DNA from: Cyanobacteriota bacterium | Lineage (GTDB): Bacteria > Cyanobacteriota > Cyanobacteriia > PCC-6307 > Cyanobiaceae | Direction: 5' to 3' | Length of the DNA: 64,000 bases | Assembly: GCA_046052125.1 (NCBI GenBank) | Contig: JBJOMY010000002.1 | Coordinates: forward strand, 352,001-416,000 | In this document: one piece after another, positions 22,685 through 32,952 of the stretch | Layout of the letters: each line of letters begins with the position of its first letter | Numbering within the stretch: the first letter of the stretch is position 1 | Program-made: the position numbers and the translations under genes | The notes under the pieces: generated by a model | Database searches by the model: none | What the model was told of the DNA's origin: nothing | What the model saw: the letters and a program-made list of their open reading frames with translations, nothing else

Positions 22685-23550
22685 TATTCAAAACCATGTG
22701 ATTTAAAATAGTCTACAGTGCGCTTGATTCCTTCCTCAATGCTGACAAGTGGCTGCCAGCCTGTAGCTGCTTTCAGCTTCTCATTGCTGCCCTGCAAATG
22801 AGAAACCTGGTCTGCTCTGAATGGCACCTGCCCGTAGCGCGGCCGACCGTTTTCGGGGTTGATGTAGGCATAAATCTGATCAACAACGTCGCGCAGCTTT
22901 ACTGGTTTGTCAGACGAGAGGTTGTAGGTGCTGTCTTTGGGAGCCAGGCAAGGGGACAGCATTCGTACGCATCTGCATAGGTCTTCGATATAGACATAAT
23001 CCCAATACTGAGTACACTCCGTTAAGTTGGGTGATTCGCCCTGTAGCGCGCACTTAATCACATAGGGCATGAACCAGGCTGGGTTATCTCCGGGGCCGTA
23101 GGGATCATAGAGGCGAAGCCAGCATAGGTTGAAGCCCGCTTGATCAAGGCAGCTTCTGAAGATGTTGTGGCATCTGACCTTGATTTCTCCGTAGAGAGTT
23201 GTTGGTGTTGTCGGATAGGTTTCGTCGACACGGATATTTGGATTTCCATATTCTGCTTGAGAGCCAAAAGCGACGATGGTCTTGACGTTATACGCTTCAG
23301 CTATTCTGATCACCTGAGCAGTGATGTCTTCGTTGATTCTTTGTTCGTCGGAGTTTCTGTGCTTGCCAAGCACGCCAGCCCAGGCTGAATGAATCAGGAT
23401 TGGTTGCTCTTCAAACACTGCATGTCTGAGCTTCCCTGCAGCAAGTTCAGCCCTGCTGATGCATGTGACGTGGTCGCCAAGATTGGTTAGATAATGAGCC
23501 AAGGAGTTGCCGACAAAGCCAGTCGACCCCGTGATCAAATAAGTGGTCAT
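22684..23550 (-). CDS. NAD-dependent epimerase/reductase (extended SDR)
   Basis: ITGSTGFVG, GSQAEYG, YGEIK (YxxxK), YGPGD motifs. Confidence 0.9.
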   Translation of the reverse strand: MTTYLITGSTGFVGNSLAHYLTNLGDHVTCISRAELAAGKLRHAVFEEQPILIHSAWAGVLGKHRNSDEQRINEDITAQVIRIAEAYNVKTIVAFGSQAEYGNPNIRVDETYPTTPTTLYGEIKVRCHNIFRSCLDQAGFNLCWLRLYDPYGPGDNPAWFMPYVIKCALQGESPNLTECTQYWDYVYIEDLCRCVRMLSPCLAPKDSTYNLSSDKPVKLRDVVDQIYAYINPENGRPRYGQVPFRADQVSHLQGSNEKLKAATGWQPLVSIEEGIKRTVDYFKSHGFE

Positions 23551-24662
23551 GCGTGCAACTCGTAGAAGAGGCGTGAAGGTGCGTCATTGAGGCTGGCATC
23601 CCTGCTTTGCGGCAGATAAAGCGCCTGCCCTGCTTCTCTGGGGATCAGCTGGATATCAAAGATCTGCGCACCATTGCCCCATTCAAGGATGTTGACGATT
23701 TCACCGGAGTGTCTATCAATTGTGGCGATACCGCATTTACTTGATTGAGGGCTCACTCCCGGAGCATATTGATTTTTGCCTTCCTGCACCCTGGAGAGCC
23801 CAACAAAAATAAAGTCGTCGTGAATGATCAGGCCACGCGTGAAGCCATCGACCGTCGCAATGACGGTGTCATCACTACCATCTAGGTTGCAGCTGCGAAC
23901 TTCGCCAAAACCTGAGTTGCAATAGAAAAGTCTATTGTCTCTAATGCGTGCAGAGTGGGGACACGTCAGATCTCTGACGATGACCTGGTCATCACTGTGT
24001 CGGATGATCCCGCCTTTGTTGAGTGGGCCAACTTCATCCTTCCAGGGCTTAAAAGTGCTCTTAATAGTGCTGAAGCAGGTTGAGTAAAACGTATTGGTGT
24101 GATCACGGCAAAGAGAGTTGAGCTGCATGCAGTTGGTCAGCCCATTTGGAATAAAGCCAGGGAGATAGTCGCTCTTGAGCTCTCCAGTAAAATCAATCGG
24201 CAATGAAACGACCTTGTTGAGCCCGGTCGCGTTCATGAAAAGTCGCGAATCGATGGCTAAAAGCTCATGAGCGTATAGGCAGCCTGGCAGGACCTTGATC
24301 AAATCTGGAATCAGGTAGTGCTCGTGTCCTGAGTCCTGGATTTGCCTGAATCGATAGAGGAGATGGGGGGTCCGGGTTGAAAGAACGTAGATGGATCCAT
24401 CATGTCCCCGAGCAATGCCACTGGGGTGAGGCATCTCCAGGTATGAAATGGCGAGCTCACTGCTTGCTGCTGTGATAATCCCGAAGGCGTGCTCGTATTC
24501 TCGAGTAAACGCCAGATGGTAATTAATCTGTGAGCAGATATCGTGTAACGACTTTCTCCCTGACTCCTGATAGGCGCAGAAATCAGAGTCAAATTTCAAA
24601 GATGTGCTCGAGCCGGCCAGCGTGCTCAGGTTGCGCTGTTCTGCAATGTGATTGCTTGTCAT
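23547..24662 (-). CDS. DUF4915/TIGR03032-like beta-propeller protein
   Basis: HEL, QLNSL, LTCPHSAR, NSGFG, GFTRGL, FVGLSR motifs. Confidence 0.75.
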   Translation of the reverse strand: MTSNHIAEQRNLSTLAGSSTSLKFDSDFCAYQESGRKSLHDICSQINYHLAFTREYEHAFGIITAASSELAISYLEMPHPSGIARGHDGSIYVLSTRTPHLLYRFRQIQDSGHEHYLIPDLIKVLPGCLYAHELLAIDSRLFMNATGLNKVVSLPIDFTGELKSDYLPGFIPNGLTNCMQLNSLCRDHTNTFYSTCFSTIKSTFKPWKDEVGPLNKGGIIRHSDDQVIVRDLTCPHSARIRDNRLFYCNSGFGEVRSCNLDGSDDTVIATVDGFTRGLIIHDDFIFVGLSRVQEGKNQYAPGVSPQSSKCGIATIDRHSGEIVNILEWGNGAQIFDIQLIPREAGQALYLPQSRDASLNDAPSRLFYELHA

Positions 24663-25624
24663 GGCTCAAGAAGCTTGTAGAGAGAGACGCACTGATCGAG
24701 AAGTTGGACGGCGTGATTGTCTGCCTTGGCTAGCGTTCGTTTGGCTTCAGCAATATAGTTTTTGTGCGACTGTGCACTCCAGCTCATAATACCACCGAAT
24801 GGAAAGCCGATGTCGCCCATGGCTTCCCCTAGAAGCGTGGGTGTTCGAGTGGTGGCGTTCATGGTGCTGATGCCAAGAAAATCGTGAGCTCGCGCTATAT
24901 TCTCTGCCTGCTGATTGGCGTCGGCTGAAGAGCGGAGAATCAGCACATGCTCAGGATGCTGTTGTTTGAGCTGAAGTGATGCCTGGTTGATGCGGAGCCA
25001 GCGCTCCAAATATCTGTGCGGCGGAATCTTATTCCTGGCATGCATGTTGCCAAATCCCCATCTAGGGTCGATGACAATCACGATTGCCCGACTGAAAACG
25101 CTCCAGAATTGTGGCCTCTCCCAGTCGAGTGCGGCGCAGGGGGAGTGAATGAGGTTGATGGAGGCATGGTGTCCGGCAAAGACGGCTTTCATCGATTCGA
25201 TGTAAGCTAGGACGGCATCAGTCTGCAGAAGCTGTCTGTGGTCTGGTGTCTGGACTGCGAGGCTATCGACGAAGGATCTGGCCCGGTCTTTGTACTGCGA
25301 GAGTGCCTCAAACTTTCGTGCTGCCAGCCAGTCGTTTAGTTCGGATTCGGATGGATCCAGCGCTCTTTGGTTCAGTGGCTCCTGCTCTAGGACCGCCTGA
25401 AATTGCTCTGGATCTCGAAATACGTTCCAGCGGTATTTGCCGGAGACTAGGCTGGGTTCGTTCTGGATCCCGACCGCGGCTTCTGCGCCTAGTAGCAACT
25501 CAAACGGAAACGCAAAGACCTGATCGGCACCGTCCATCAAGCGCATGAATCGTCCGGCGCCAGAGTCATTCCAGGCGGTGACAAGAACGTTCTTGTACTC
25601 AGGTCTTGTCATGGCATTGCTCAT
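24659..25624 (-). CDS. Divergent sulfotransferase-fold protein
   Basis: VLVTAWNDSGAGRFMRLMDG...FPFE resembles a degenerate 5'-PSB region; IVIDPR resembles the RDPR 3'-PB motif. Confidence 0.5.
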   Translation of the reverse strand: MSNAMTRPEYKNVLVTAWNDSGAGRFMRLMDGADQVFAFPFELLLGAEAAVGIQNEPSLVSGKYRWNVFRDPEQFQAVLEQEPLNQRALDPSESELNDWLAARKFEALSQYKDRARSFVDSLAVQTPDHRQLLQTDAVLAYIESMKAVFAGHHASINLIHSPCAALDWERPQFWSVFSRAIVIVIDPRWGFGNMHARNKIPPHRYLERWLRINQASLQLKQQHPEHVLILRSSADANQQAENIARAHDFLGISTMNATTRTPTLLGEAMGDIGFPFGGIMSWSAQSHKNYIAEAKRTLAKADNHAVQLLDQCVSLYKLLEP

Positions 25625-26690
25625 AGGCCGTGAGATCCGCTAAGCACTTGTCCAAGGCTGAAGCACCTGAAAGGGTTTCGCGATACCAGTTGACCGTGTG
25701 TGCCAGTGTGGTCGCGAAATCCCAGCGCGGTTGCCAGCCGAGTCTGTGCTGCGCTTTATCGATCTGCAGATGGAGAAGATTGGCTTCATGGGGTGCTGAT
25801 GGATCACTTTGATCCAGCCACTTCCCTGGCCAGTGTCGCAGGATCGTGTCAACCAGTTCAACGACTGGGCGATTGCTGGCCAAGCTGGGTCCGAAGTTGA
25901 AGGCCTCGCAGGGCGGGCTGTCATCTTCCGCAAGCGCTTCGGCGAGGCGCAGATAACCGGCCAGCGGTTCGATCACATGCTGCCAGGGCCGCGTGGCCCT
26001 GGGATTGCGCACGGGGATCGCTTCCCCCCTGGCCAGGGAGCGGATCGCGTCCGGCACGATCCTGTCGGCTGCCCAGTCGCCACCACCGATCACATTGCCG
26101 GCCCGTGCAGTGGCGATTCGTAGATGGGGCGTCTGATGGGATGCCGAACCACAGAAGCTGGCTCGCCAGCTGGCAATGGCCAGTTCGGCGCCTGCTTTGC
26201 TGGCGCTGTAGGGGTCATGGCCACCCAGGCGATCGGGTTCGCGATAGCCATAGGGCCACTCGCGATTCTCGTAGACCTTGTCGGTTGTAACCATCACCAC
26301 GGCACAGGTGTGCTGGAGTGGTCTCAGGGCTTCGAGTAGATGCAGGCTGCCCATCACGTTGGTCGCCCAGGTGCCGAGTGGATCGGCATAGCTGAGCCGT
26401 ACCAGTGGTTGTGCCGCCAGATGCAACACCACATCCGGTTGAGCCTCCTGGACCAGCTGCTTGAGGGTTGCCAGGTCGGCCAGATTTCCGATGGTGTGAT
26501 GCCAGCCCTCGCCGGCTGGCCTGGCCTGAGCCAGCTCGCGGAAGAGGTTCGGTTGGGGGTCAGGCTCCAGTGCGTAGCCCCATACCTCAGCCCCAAGCTG
26601 CTGGAGCCAGAGCAGCAGCCAGCTGCCCTTGAAGCCCGTGTGCCCTGTGAGCAGAACGCGCTTACCAGCCCAGAATGCAGCGTTCGTCAT
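25599..26690 (-). CDS. rfbG: CDP-glucose 4,6-dehydratase
   Basis: FWAGKRVLLTGHTGFKGSWL, HLAAQPLV, TTDKVY, DPYSASK, RPWQHV motifs. Confidence 0.96.
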   Translation of the reverse strand: MTNAAFWAGKRVLLTGHTGFKGSWLLLWLQQLGAEVWGYALEPDPQPNLFRELAQARPAGEGWHHTIGNLADLATLKQLVQEAQPDVVLHLAAQPLVRLSYADPLGTWATNVMGSLHLLEALRPLQHTCAVVMVTTDKVYENREWPYGYREPDRLGGHDPYSASKAGAELAIASWRASFCGSASHQTPHLRIATARAGNVIGGGDWAADRIVPDAIRSLARGEAIPVRNPRATRPWQHVIEPLAGYLRLAEALAEDDSPPCEAFNFGPSLASNRPVVELVDTILRHWPGKWLDQSDPSAPHEANLLHLQIDKAQHRLGWQPRWDFATTLAHTVNWYRETLSGASALDKCLADLTAYEQCHDKT

Positions 26691-27460
26691 CACCACACCT
26701 TCCAGGGTGCTTTTGCGTTCGCCCAGAGATCTTCTAGGTAGACCCGATCCCGAAGTGTATCCATCGGTTGCCAGAAACCTTTGTGGTGATAAGCGGTGAG
26801 CTGGCCATCGGCCGCCAGTCCGCGCAGTGGTTCCTGCTCCCAGACGGTGCTATCCCCCTCGATCCGATCAATCACCTCCGGTTCAAGTACAAAGAAACCA
26901 CCATTGATCCAGCCCCCATCGCCTAGGGGCTTTTCCTGGAAGCCTGATACGGCCGAGTTCTTGCCAAATTGAAGAGCGCCATAGCGTCCCGGTGGTTGAA
27001 CGGCTGTCACGGTTCCAAGCCGGCCATGATCCTTGTGATGGGCGACGAGGGCACTGATGTCGACATCGGCCACACCATCGCCATAGGTGAAGCAGAATGT
27101 TTCATCGCGCACGTAATCGCGCACGCGTTTGAGCCGCCCACCGGTCATGCTGGTTTCACCCGTATCCACAAGCGTGATCTCCCAAGGCTCAGCCTTTTTG
27201 CGGTGGACTTCCAGCGAGTTCATGCGCATGTGGAACGTTACGTCGCTCATGTGTAGGAAGTAATTTGCAAAGTATTCCTTGATCACGTATCCCTTGTAGC
27301 CACAGCAGATCACGAACTCGTTGATGCCGTGGGCGCTGTAAATCTTTAGGATGTGCCAGAGGATGGGGCGTCCGCCAATCTCCACCATCGGCTTGGGGCG
27401 GAGGCTGGTTTCTTCGCTAATGCGGGTACCTAGGCCACCGGCCAAGATGACGGCTTTCAT
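26690..27460 (-). CDS. rfbF: Glucose-1-phosphate cytidylyltransferase
   Basis: MKAVILAGGLGTRISEET, PKPMVEIG, TYGDG, GFWQPMDTLRD motifs. Confidence 0.97.
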   Translation of the reverse strand: MKAVILAGGLGTRISEETSLRPKPMVEIGGRPILWHILKIYSAHGINEFVICCGYKGYVIKEYFANYFLHMSDVTFHMRMNSLEVHRKKAEPWEITLVDTGETSMTGGRLKRVRDYVRDETFCFTYGDGVADVDISALVAHHKDHGRLGTVTAVQPPGRYGALQFGKNSAVSGFQEKPLGDGGWINGGFFVLEPEVIDRIEGDSTVWEQEPLRGLAADGQLTAYHHKGFWQPMDTLRDRVYLEDLWANAKAPWKVW

Positions 27461-28076
27461 TGCTATCTTTTTGATCAATCTTATCATGCCAATCGGCTGC
27501 CTTGTTCCTGCCATCTAGTTTTAGCTGGCTGATCTCGCGTTAGTTGTCGGAGGGATGTATTTACATGTTTCGCCGCCGTTGATATCGGCAGCCTTTTCCA
27601 GGCAGAGGACTTGACCATTATCTCTTAATAGTTAAAGTTCTCTGCTTTGGTCGTTCACCAGTGGAATGCGGCCTGACTACTCACCAGCACTCACGCGAAC
27701 TGGACTAGCAAAGGGGTTCATTTCGCTCGTCCTATTGGCGATATCATTAAACACACATTGCCCAATTGAGTCGTGTGGTGCCCTTACCTTTTGCTAATGA
27801 GTTCACGTGACCTACCTGGTTAGAGGGTTCCCATCCATCTACATAGTCTGGAAGTTCATCCAATCTATATTCACAGGTTCTAGTCTGCCTGCGGACCCTT
27901 TGTGCTTTTGCTGCTTGTATGTAGATCCCAATGTTGCCATGCAATGACTTAATCTGTCCACTCTGCTAATGTTTCTGCCCATAAACCACATATGCCGAGT
28001 GTTAACTCGAATATAAAAATCTACATGGAGCCAATCACAGAAGAACCGATTTAATCTGGCCGGATATCCTATGATT

Positions 28077-29015
28077 CTATCGGTTTGTATAATGTGTGGG
28101 AGATGCTGACGCAAGTACGCGAATGTAAGCGCTAACGGGGTTGTGATCTAAGCCTCGGACTGAAAGAAGTATATCTTTGCTTTTACACGAGTAAACAACC
28201 TTCCTGTAATCGGAAAAGTCGATATTGTATCTAATGACTTTAGCGCTATCGTAGCTTTCTTCGAGTTGACGGCTTCCTAAGTTTACAATCCCTAATCCAG
28301 AGTTCTTAGTACATCCTACCCCAACTGATACACTAGAGGACGGACCACCAAATGCTACCAAATCGAAAAGTATTGGGATACTAGGTTGAGATTGGCGAGG
28401 TATGGAGGCAGAAGTCATAGCACGTGTTATCGATCTCGTAACATCTCTCGGTTTCAAATCAACCGAGTACGGTCGGAAGCTGACTCGTTCCGATGAGTAT
28501 GGTTGTCGTCGCTTGTAGTCAGACTTTAGTTTCCATATATCCATCGGAGGTATAGATAGTCTGTCGTAAGGCTGGTCAAATTGCGAGGGATCTACTCCCT
28601 TTTGTTTTATACTATACATATCGCCTAACAGAAAGGAATTCTGCTGAAGAAACTCTCCAAAGTTTTCTTTTAAATAACCATGGGGTCCAGCTTGTGAGTG
28701 GGTAACAACAAGCTTTGGAGGATTGCTAAACATCTTTTCAAGTAGACATGCTGGGGAGCCATTAAAAAGCTGGAGTGCCGTACAGATGTTAAGTGAGTAA
28801 TCAATAGGCTTTGCATTAAGCACTGCGTAATAACTTGGGTAGCTCCATCCATATGCAAAAATATGTTTGCCAGAGAGCATCACGTGGCTGCTTTTCTTGT
28901 TTTCACTAAGAGTTCTTTTTAGGACCAAAGTGCTTTGGCCCAAGTGTAGGAATAAGTAGTTTGATGCAACGCTAAAGATTGCAAAAAAGTAGGCAAAGCG
29001 CAGGAAGACGCTCAT
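28077..29015 (-). CDS. Hypothetical protein with an N-terminal TM helix (possibly the C-terminal part of the upstream membrane protein)
   Basis: 312-aa AT-rich ORF in the same frame as 29019-30248, separated by one TAA. Confidence 0.6.
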   Translation of the reverse strand: MSVFLRFAYFFAIFSVASNYLFLHLGQSTLVLKRTLSENKKSSHVMLSGKHIFAYGWSYPSYYAVLNAKPIDYSLNICTALQLFNGSPACLLEKMFSNPPKLVVTHSQAGPHGYLKENFGEFLQQNSFLLGDMYSIKQKGVDPSQFDQPYDRLSIPPMDIWKLKSDYKRRQPYSSERVSFRPYSVDLKPRDVTRSITRAMTSASIPRQSQPSIPILFDLVAFGGPSSSVSVGVGCTKNSGLGIVNLGSRQLEESYDSAKVIRYNIDFSDYRKVVYSCKSKDILLSVRGLDHNPVSAYIRVLASASPTHYTNR

Positions 29016-29018
29016 GAC

Positions 29019-30248
29019 TTAATTATGTAGCGACAAATCTCTGGAGCTGCCTGTTTCTGATATGTGTGTGCAAGGGGTATACGCAAGCGCTATCAAAGCC
29101 AGCTGAAACAAATAGAATACAGAATATACCGTGTAGTGCTGGAACCCCCTTAGTGGAAGGTATATTGTTATAAAATAGCAGCCTGTGCAAGTTGTCATAA
29201 GAAGAATCCTTGCATATCTTTGTGTGATGTGACCATATCTACGTATGACATTCGTGTTTGTAAATTCTGAGATCAGCTTGTCCTTCATTTGGTTCGTCAC
29301 AAACCAAGCGCACAGTATATAATACAATAGAATAGTGCCAGCTGAATCTAATGCAAATATGATCGAGGAATGCGCGCCTCCGTCTATATATGAGATGCTC
29401 TTAAGAGCTGTTTCCAGCGAGCTTGAAGAAAACGAATCTATTCTAAGATAGTCTCTTACAATCGATTCTGCTATAATGTAGAACGATGAGTCTGCTGATC
29501 CCCTATATGCGCCAAGGTCAATTAAAGCAAATAGCACAAATATGCAAATAGCATGGACACTTGCCCTCTTAACTGGCGTTGACCCCATCGGAGTCCTCGG
29601 TTCCTGACCTGGTAGAAAGGATAGTATTAGAACCGTGGATAAAATTAGTGGGGCTATCTGATACTTAGTGTGCAAAGCTGCTGCAAAGCCAAGCGATGAC
29701 AGGACTAGGCTAGTCAGAGGCGGAAGTGTATTTCTCATAAATATAGAAATTGAGAGTAATGCAAATGCAATAGAGCAATATTCTCCGTTTGGCGAGTAAA
29801 AATCTAATCCTTTCGAGATAAGTGCCGGCCCTAGGGTCAGAATCGTGAGTAGAACTGGAAAGAGATCTGATCTAAAGAATAAGCCGTACGCGTAGTAGCT
29901 AGCCAGCGTTATCAAGAATATCGTGACTCCTAGTAGAAGTGTAATGGTCAAGTGGTCGGCAAATTGACCTCTTAGGCCCACTGCTAGGCTAATCTTTTGT
30001 AATATCGATAGAGCGAGCGGCTGAATAAACCCAAGTGTATACTGGCTTTGAACTCGAGAGAGGTCAAAGCAAAAACCATCGCATATATATCTTCTGGCGA
30101 TGTCGAGACTGGCATATTGATCTATATTAAAAAGCTTCCCTAATGACCTAAGCATGAAAATTCCAGAAAAAACCAACGCAACGGCTAGCCCTTTCTGATT
30201 GCTATGTGTCCGTGCATGATAGAGACTTCGTCCTTGTCCGGCATTCAC
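29019..30248 (-). CDS. Polytopic membrane protein, GT-C/GtrC-like candidate (start uncertain)
   Basis: Many hydrophobic segments; NGEY and TKYQ patterns; located in a glycan island. Confidence 0.55.
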   Translation of the reverse strand: MNAGQGRSLYHARTHSNQKGLAVALVFSGIFMLRSLGKLFNIDQYASLDIARRYICDGFCFDLSRVQSQYTLGFIQPLALSILQKISLAVGLRGQFADHLTITLLLGVTIFLITLASYYAYGLFFRSDLFPVLLTILTLGPALISKGLDFYSPNGEYCSIAFALLSISIFMRNTLPPLTSLVLSSLGFAAALHTKYQIAPLILSTVLILSFLPGQEPRTPMGSTPVKRASVHAICIFVLFALIDLGAYRGSADSSFYIIAESIVRDYLRIDSFSSSSLETALKSISYIDGGAHSSIIFALDSAGTILLYYILCAWFVTNQMKDKLISEFTNTNVIRRYGHITQRYARILLMTTCTGCYFITIYLPLRGFQHYTVYSVFYLFQLALIALAYTPCTHISETGSSRDLSLHN

Positions 30249-30308
30249 GGCTTCGGTGGGAGTATGTTATTGCTTCTAGTCTACTGCATATCTCCTTCTC
30301 TCTCCTGT

Positions 30309-30353
30309 CCGACGACAATCTGGCTGAGGGGCACTCAGCCAGATTGTCGTCGG
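30309..30353. repeat. Perfect 20-bp inverted repeat with a 5-nt spacer
   Basis: CCGACGACAATCTGGCTGAG-GGGCA-CTCAGCCAGATTGTCGTCGG. Confidence 0.95.
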
Positions 30354-30809
30354 GCTGCAGTCCTTTTTGGTCTGAAGGCTCCAAGTCATGAGCACCAGAG
30401 GCGACGGCAACCTGCTTCATGGCCATGTGCCTCTCCCCTGATGATTTAATCTCGACCGTTTCTCCGATGCGGCGCGATTGCAGTTGCACGACCCCACCGT
30501 CACGATTCGAGTGAGTGCGGCCACCATATGGGAGTTCTGCCTCGATCTTCACGAAGGAAAGCCCGGAGCAGGACAAAGTGATTAAGGAATTGCCTTCCAT
30601 TCTGCTGACTGTTTGATTGCAGTCGTCGCGAATCTCCATCGCCGACGGGGCTTGAGAGCCAGTGTCTTCAGCCAGCTCCACTGAGATCCGTCTGATCGCA
30701 TGCTTGCCTCCTTAGCTGAGTTGGAAGCCCTTGTGTTGATGACCGCTGATGTGCACCTTGACAACTTTACCTTTCCAATCCTTTGATGAGTGGAGCGTAA
30801 ACGTCTGGC

Positions 30810-30835
30810 AAAAAGCCCCGCTTAATGGCGGGGCT
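30810..30835 (-). terminator. Rho-independent terminator of tkt
   Basis: AGCCCCGC/GCGGGGCT hairpin followed by a U-run on the minus strand, about 35 nt after the tkt stop. Confidence 0.85.
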
Positions 30836-30869
30836 AAAGGGTGTTGGTGGATCAACGAGCGGGGCTGAA

Positions 30870-32885
30870 TTAGCCCAGAGCCTTGGCCTTGGCCACCACG
30901 TTGTCCACCGTGAAGCCGAACTTCTCCATCAGCAGCGGGCCGGGGGCGGAGGCACCGAAGCGGTCGATCGACACGGTGTCGCCTTCGAAGCCGGTGTACT
31001 TGTGCCAGCCGAAGCTGCTGGAGGCTTCCACCACCAGGCGCTTGCGGCAGGCGGCGGGCAGCACGCTCTCGCGGTAGGCGGCGTCCTGCTCTTCGAACAG
31101 CTCCACGCAGGGCATCGACACCACGCGCACGTTCTTGCCTTCGGCGCGCAGCTGGGCGGCGGCCTTCACGCAGAGGTCGAGCTCGGTGCCGGTGCCGATC
31201 AGGATCAGGTCGGGGGCACCGTTGCTGTCTTCCAGGATGTAGCCGCCCTTGGCCACGTGGTCGGCGCTGGAGTTGGCCTGGTTGGCCATCGCCTGGCGGC
31301 TGAGGAACATCACGGTGGGGCGGTTGCGGTTGGCCACGGCCACCTTGTAGGCACCGGAGGTTTCGTTGCCGTCGCCGGGGCGGATCACCAGCATGTTGGG
31401 GATCGAGCGCAGGCTGGCCAGGGTTTCGATCGGCTGGTGGGTGGGGCCGTCTTCACCCAGACCAATGGAGTCGTGGGTTAACACGTAGATCACACCCAGC
31501 TCGCTCAGGGCCGAGAGGCGCATGGCGCCCACCATGTAGCCAGCGAACACACAGAAGGTGCCGCCGTAGGGCACCAGGCCACTGCCGTGATAAGCCAGGC
31601 CATTGAGGATCGCGCCCATGGCGTGCTCGCGCACACCGAAGTGCAGGTAGCGGTTGGCTTCAGCGCCCTTCTGGAAACCAGCCTCACCCTTGATGTCGGT
31701 GAGGTTGGAGTGGGTGAGGTCGGCAGAACCACCGATCAGCTCGGGCAGGTTGGGGCCGATGGCGTTGAGGCAGTTGTAGGAGTGCTGGCGGGTGGCCAGG
31801 CCTTTGTCGTCGGCGCCGTAGCTGGGGAGGTTGGCATCCCAGCCCTGGGGCAGCTCACCGCGCAGCCGACGCTCAAACTCAGCGGCTTCGGTGGGGTACT
31901 TGGCGCGATAGTCGGCCAGGGTGGCGTTCCAGGCGGCTTCAGCTGCAGCACCACGCTCGATGGCCTGGCGCCACTGGCTATACGACTCCTGGGGCACTTC
32001 GAATTCGCCGTACTCCCAGCCCAGGTTTTTGCGGGTGAGGGCAGCTTCATCAGCACCGAGGGCGGCACCGTGCACACCGGCGGTGTTGGCTTTGTTGGGG
32101 GAGCCGTAGCCAATGGTGGTGGTCACCTTGATCATCGACGGACGATCGGTGACGGCCTTGGCCTCTTCAATCGCCTTGGCGATGCCAGCCAGATCGGTGT
32201 TGCCATCCGCCACGTGGATGGTGTGCCAGCCGTAGGCCTCGTAGCGCTTCAGCACATCCTCGGTGAAGGAAACGTTGGTGTTTCCGTCGATGGTGATGTG
32301 GTTGTCGTCGTAGAGGGCGATCAGCTTGCCCAGGCCCAGGTGGCCGGCGAGGGAGGCGGCTTCGCTGCTTACACCTTCCTGATGGCAGCCGTCGCCCATG
32401 ATCACGTAGGTGTAGTGATCAACCACCTGGCAATCGGCCTTGTTGAACTTGGCCGCCAGGTGCGCTTCGGCCATGGCCAGACCCACGGCGTTGGCGATGC
32501 CCTGACCCAGAGGACCGGTGGTCACTTCCACACCGGCGGTTTCAAAGGTCTCGGGGTGACCGGGGGTCTTGGAGCCCCACTGACGGAACTGCTTGATGTC
32601 GTCGATGGTCACCGAGTCGTAGCCGGTGAGGTGCAGCAGCGCGTAAAGCAGCATGCAGCCGTGGCCAGCCGACAGCACAAAGCGGTCGCGGTTGAACCAC
32701 TTGGGGTTCTTGGGGTTGTGCTTGAGGAACTTGTCCCAGAGGGTGTAGGCCATGGGCGCGCAACCCATCGGCAGCCCTGGGTGGCCCGAGTTGCTCTTAT
32801 TGATCGCGTCGACCGCCAGGAAGCGGATGCTGTTGACGCAGAGGGAATCGACGGACTGGTTTCCAGCGACGGGTGCGGCGACCAT
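30870..32885 (-). CDS. tkt: Transketolase (housekeeping)
   Basis: [46 protein letters not shown] motifs. Confidence 0.98.
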   Translation of the reverse strand: MVAAPVAGNQSVDSLCVNSIRFLAVDAINKSNSGHPGLPMGCAPMAYTLWDKFLKHNPKNPKWFNRDRFVLSAGHGCMLLYALLHLTGYDSVTIDDIKQFRQWGSKTPGHPETFETAGVEVTTGPLGQGIANAVGLAMAEAHLAAKFNKADCQVVDHYTYVIMGDGCHQEGVSSEAASLAGHLGLGKLIALYDDNHITIDGNTNVSFTEDVLKRYEAYGWHTIHVADGNTDLAGIAKAIEEAKAVTDRPSMIKVTTTIGYGSPNKANTAGVHGAALGADEAALTRKNLGWEYGEFEVPQESYSQWRQAIERGAAAEAAWNATLADYRAKYPTEAAEFERRLRGELPQGWDANLPSYGADDKGLATRQHSYNCLNAIGPNLPELIGGSADLTHSNLTDIKGEAGFQKGAEANRYLHFGVREHAMGAILNGLAYHGSGLVPYGGTFCVFAGYMVGAMRLSALSELGVIYVLTHDSIGLGEDGPTHQPIETLASLRSIPNMLVIRPGDGNETSGAYKVAVANRNRPTVMFLSRQAMANQANSSADHVAKGGYILEDSNGAPDLILIGTGTELDLCVKAAAQLRAEGKNVRVVSMPCVELFEEQDAAYRESVLPAACRKRLVVEASSSFGWHKYTGFEGDTVSIDRFGASAPGPLLMEKFGFTVDNVVAKAKALG

Positions 32886-32952
32886 GGGGCTACGGGTAAG
32901 GAGGAGGTGTGAGGGGCGGAGAAACCGTGGTTTCCGGCTCGGTGAACGGGGT

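Larger units (their letters stand above)
19590..30800. other. Lower-GC accessory island of surface-glycan modification genes between thiC and tkt
   Basis: Clearly more AT-rich over most of its length than the flanks; sugar-nucleotide and glycosyltransferase genes; no integrase seen. Confidence 0.85.

Noticed and set aside
27515..28076. Short ORFs 27747-27944 and 27839-28114 as a continuation of the split membrane protein
   Set aside because: Different frames and no recognisable homology; treated as non-coding or decayed sequence
30202..30764. ORFs 30202-30681 and 30582-30764 at the island edge
   Set aside because: No recognisable motifs, and one runs through the perfect hairpin; may be a gene remnant but cannot be supported
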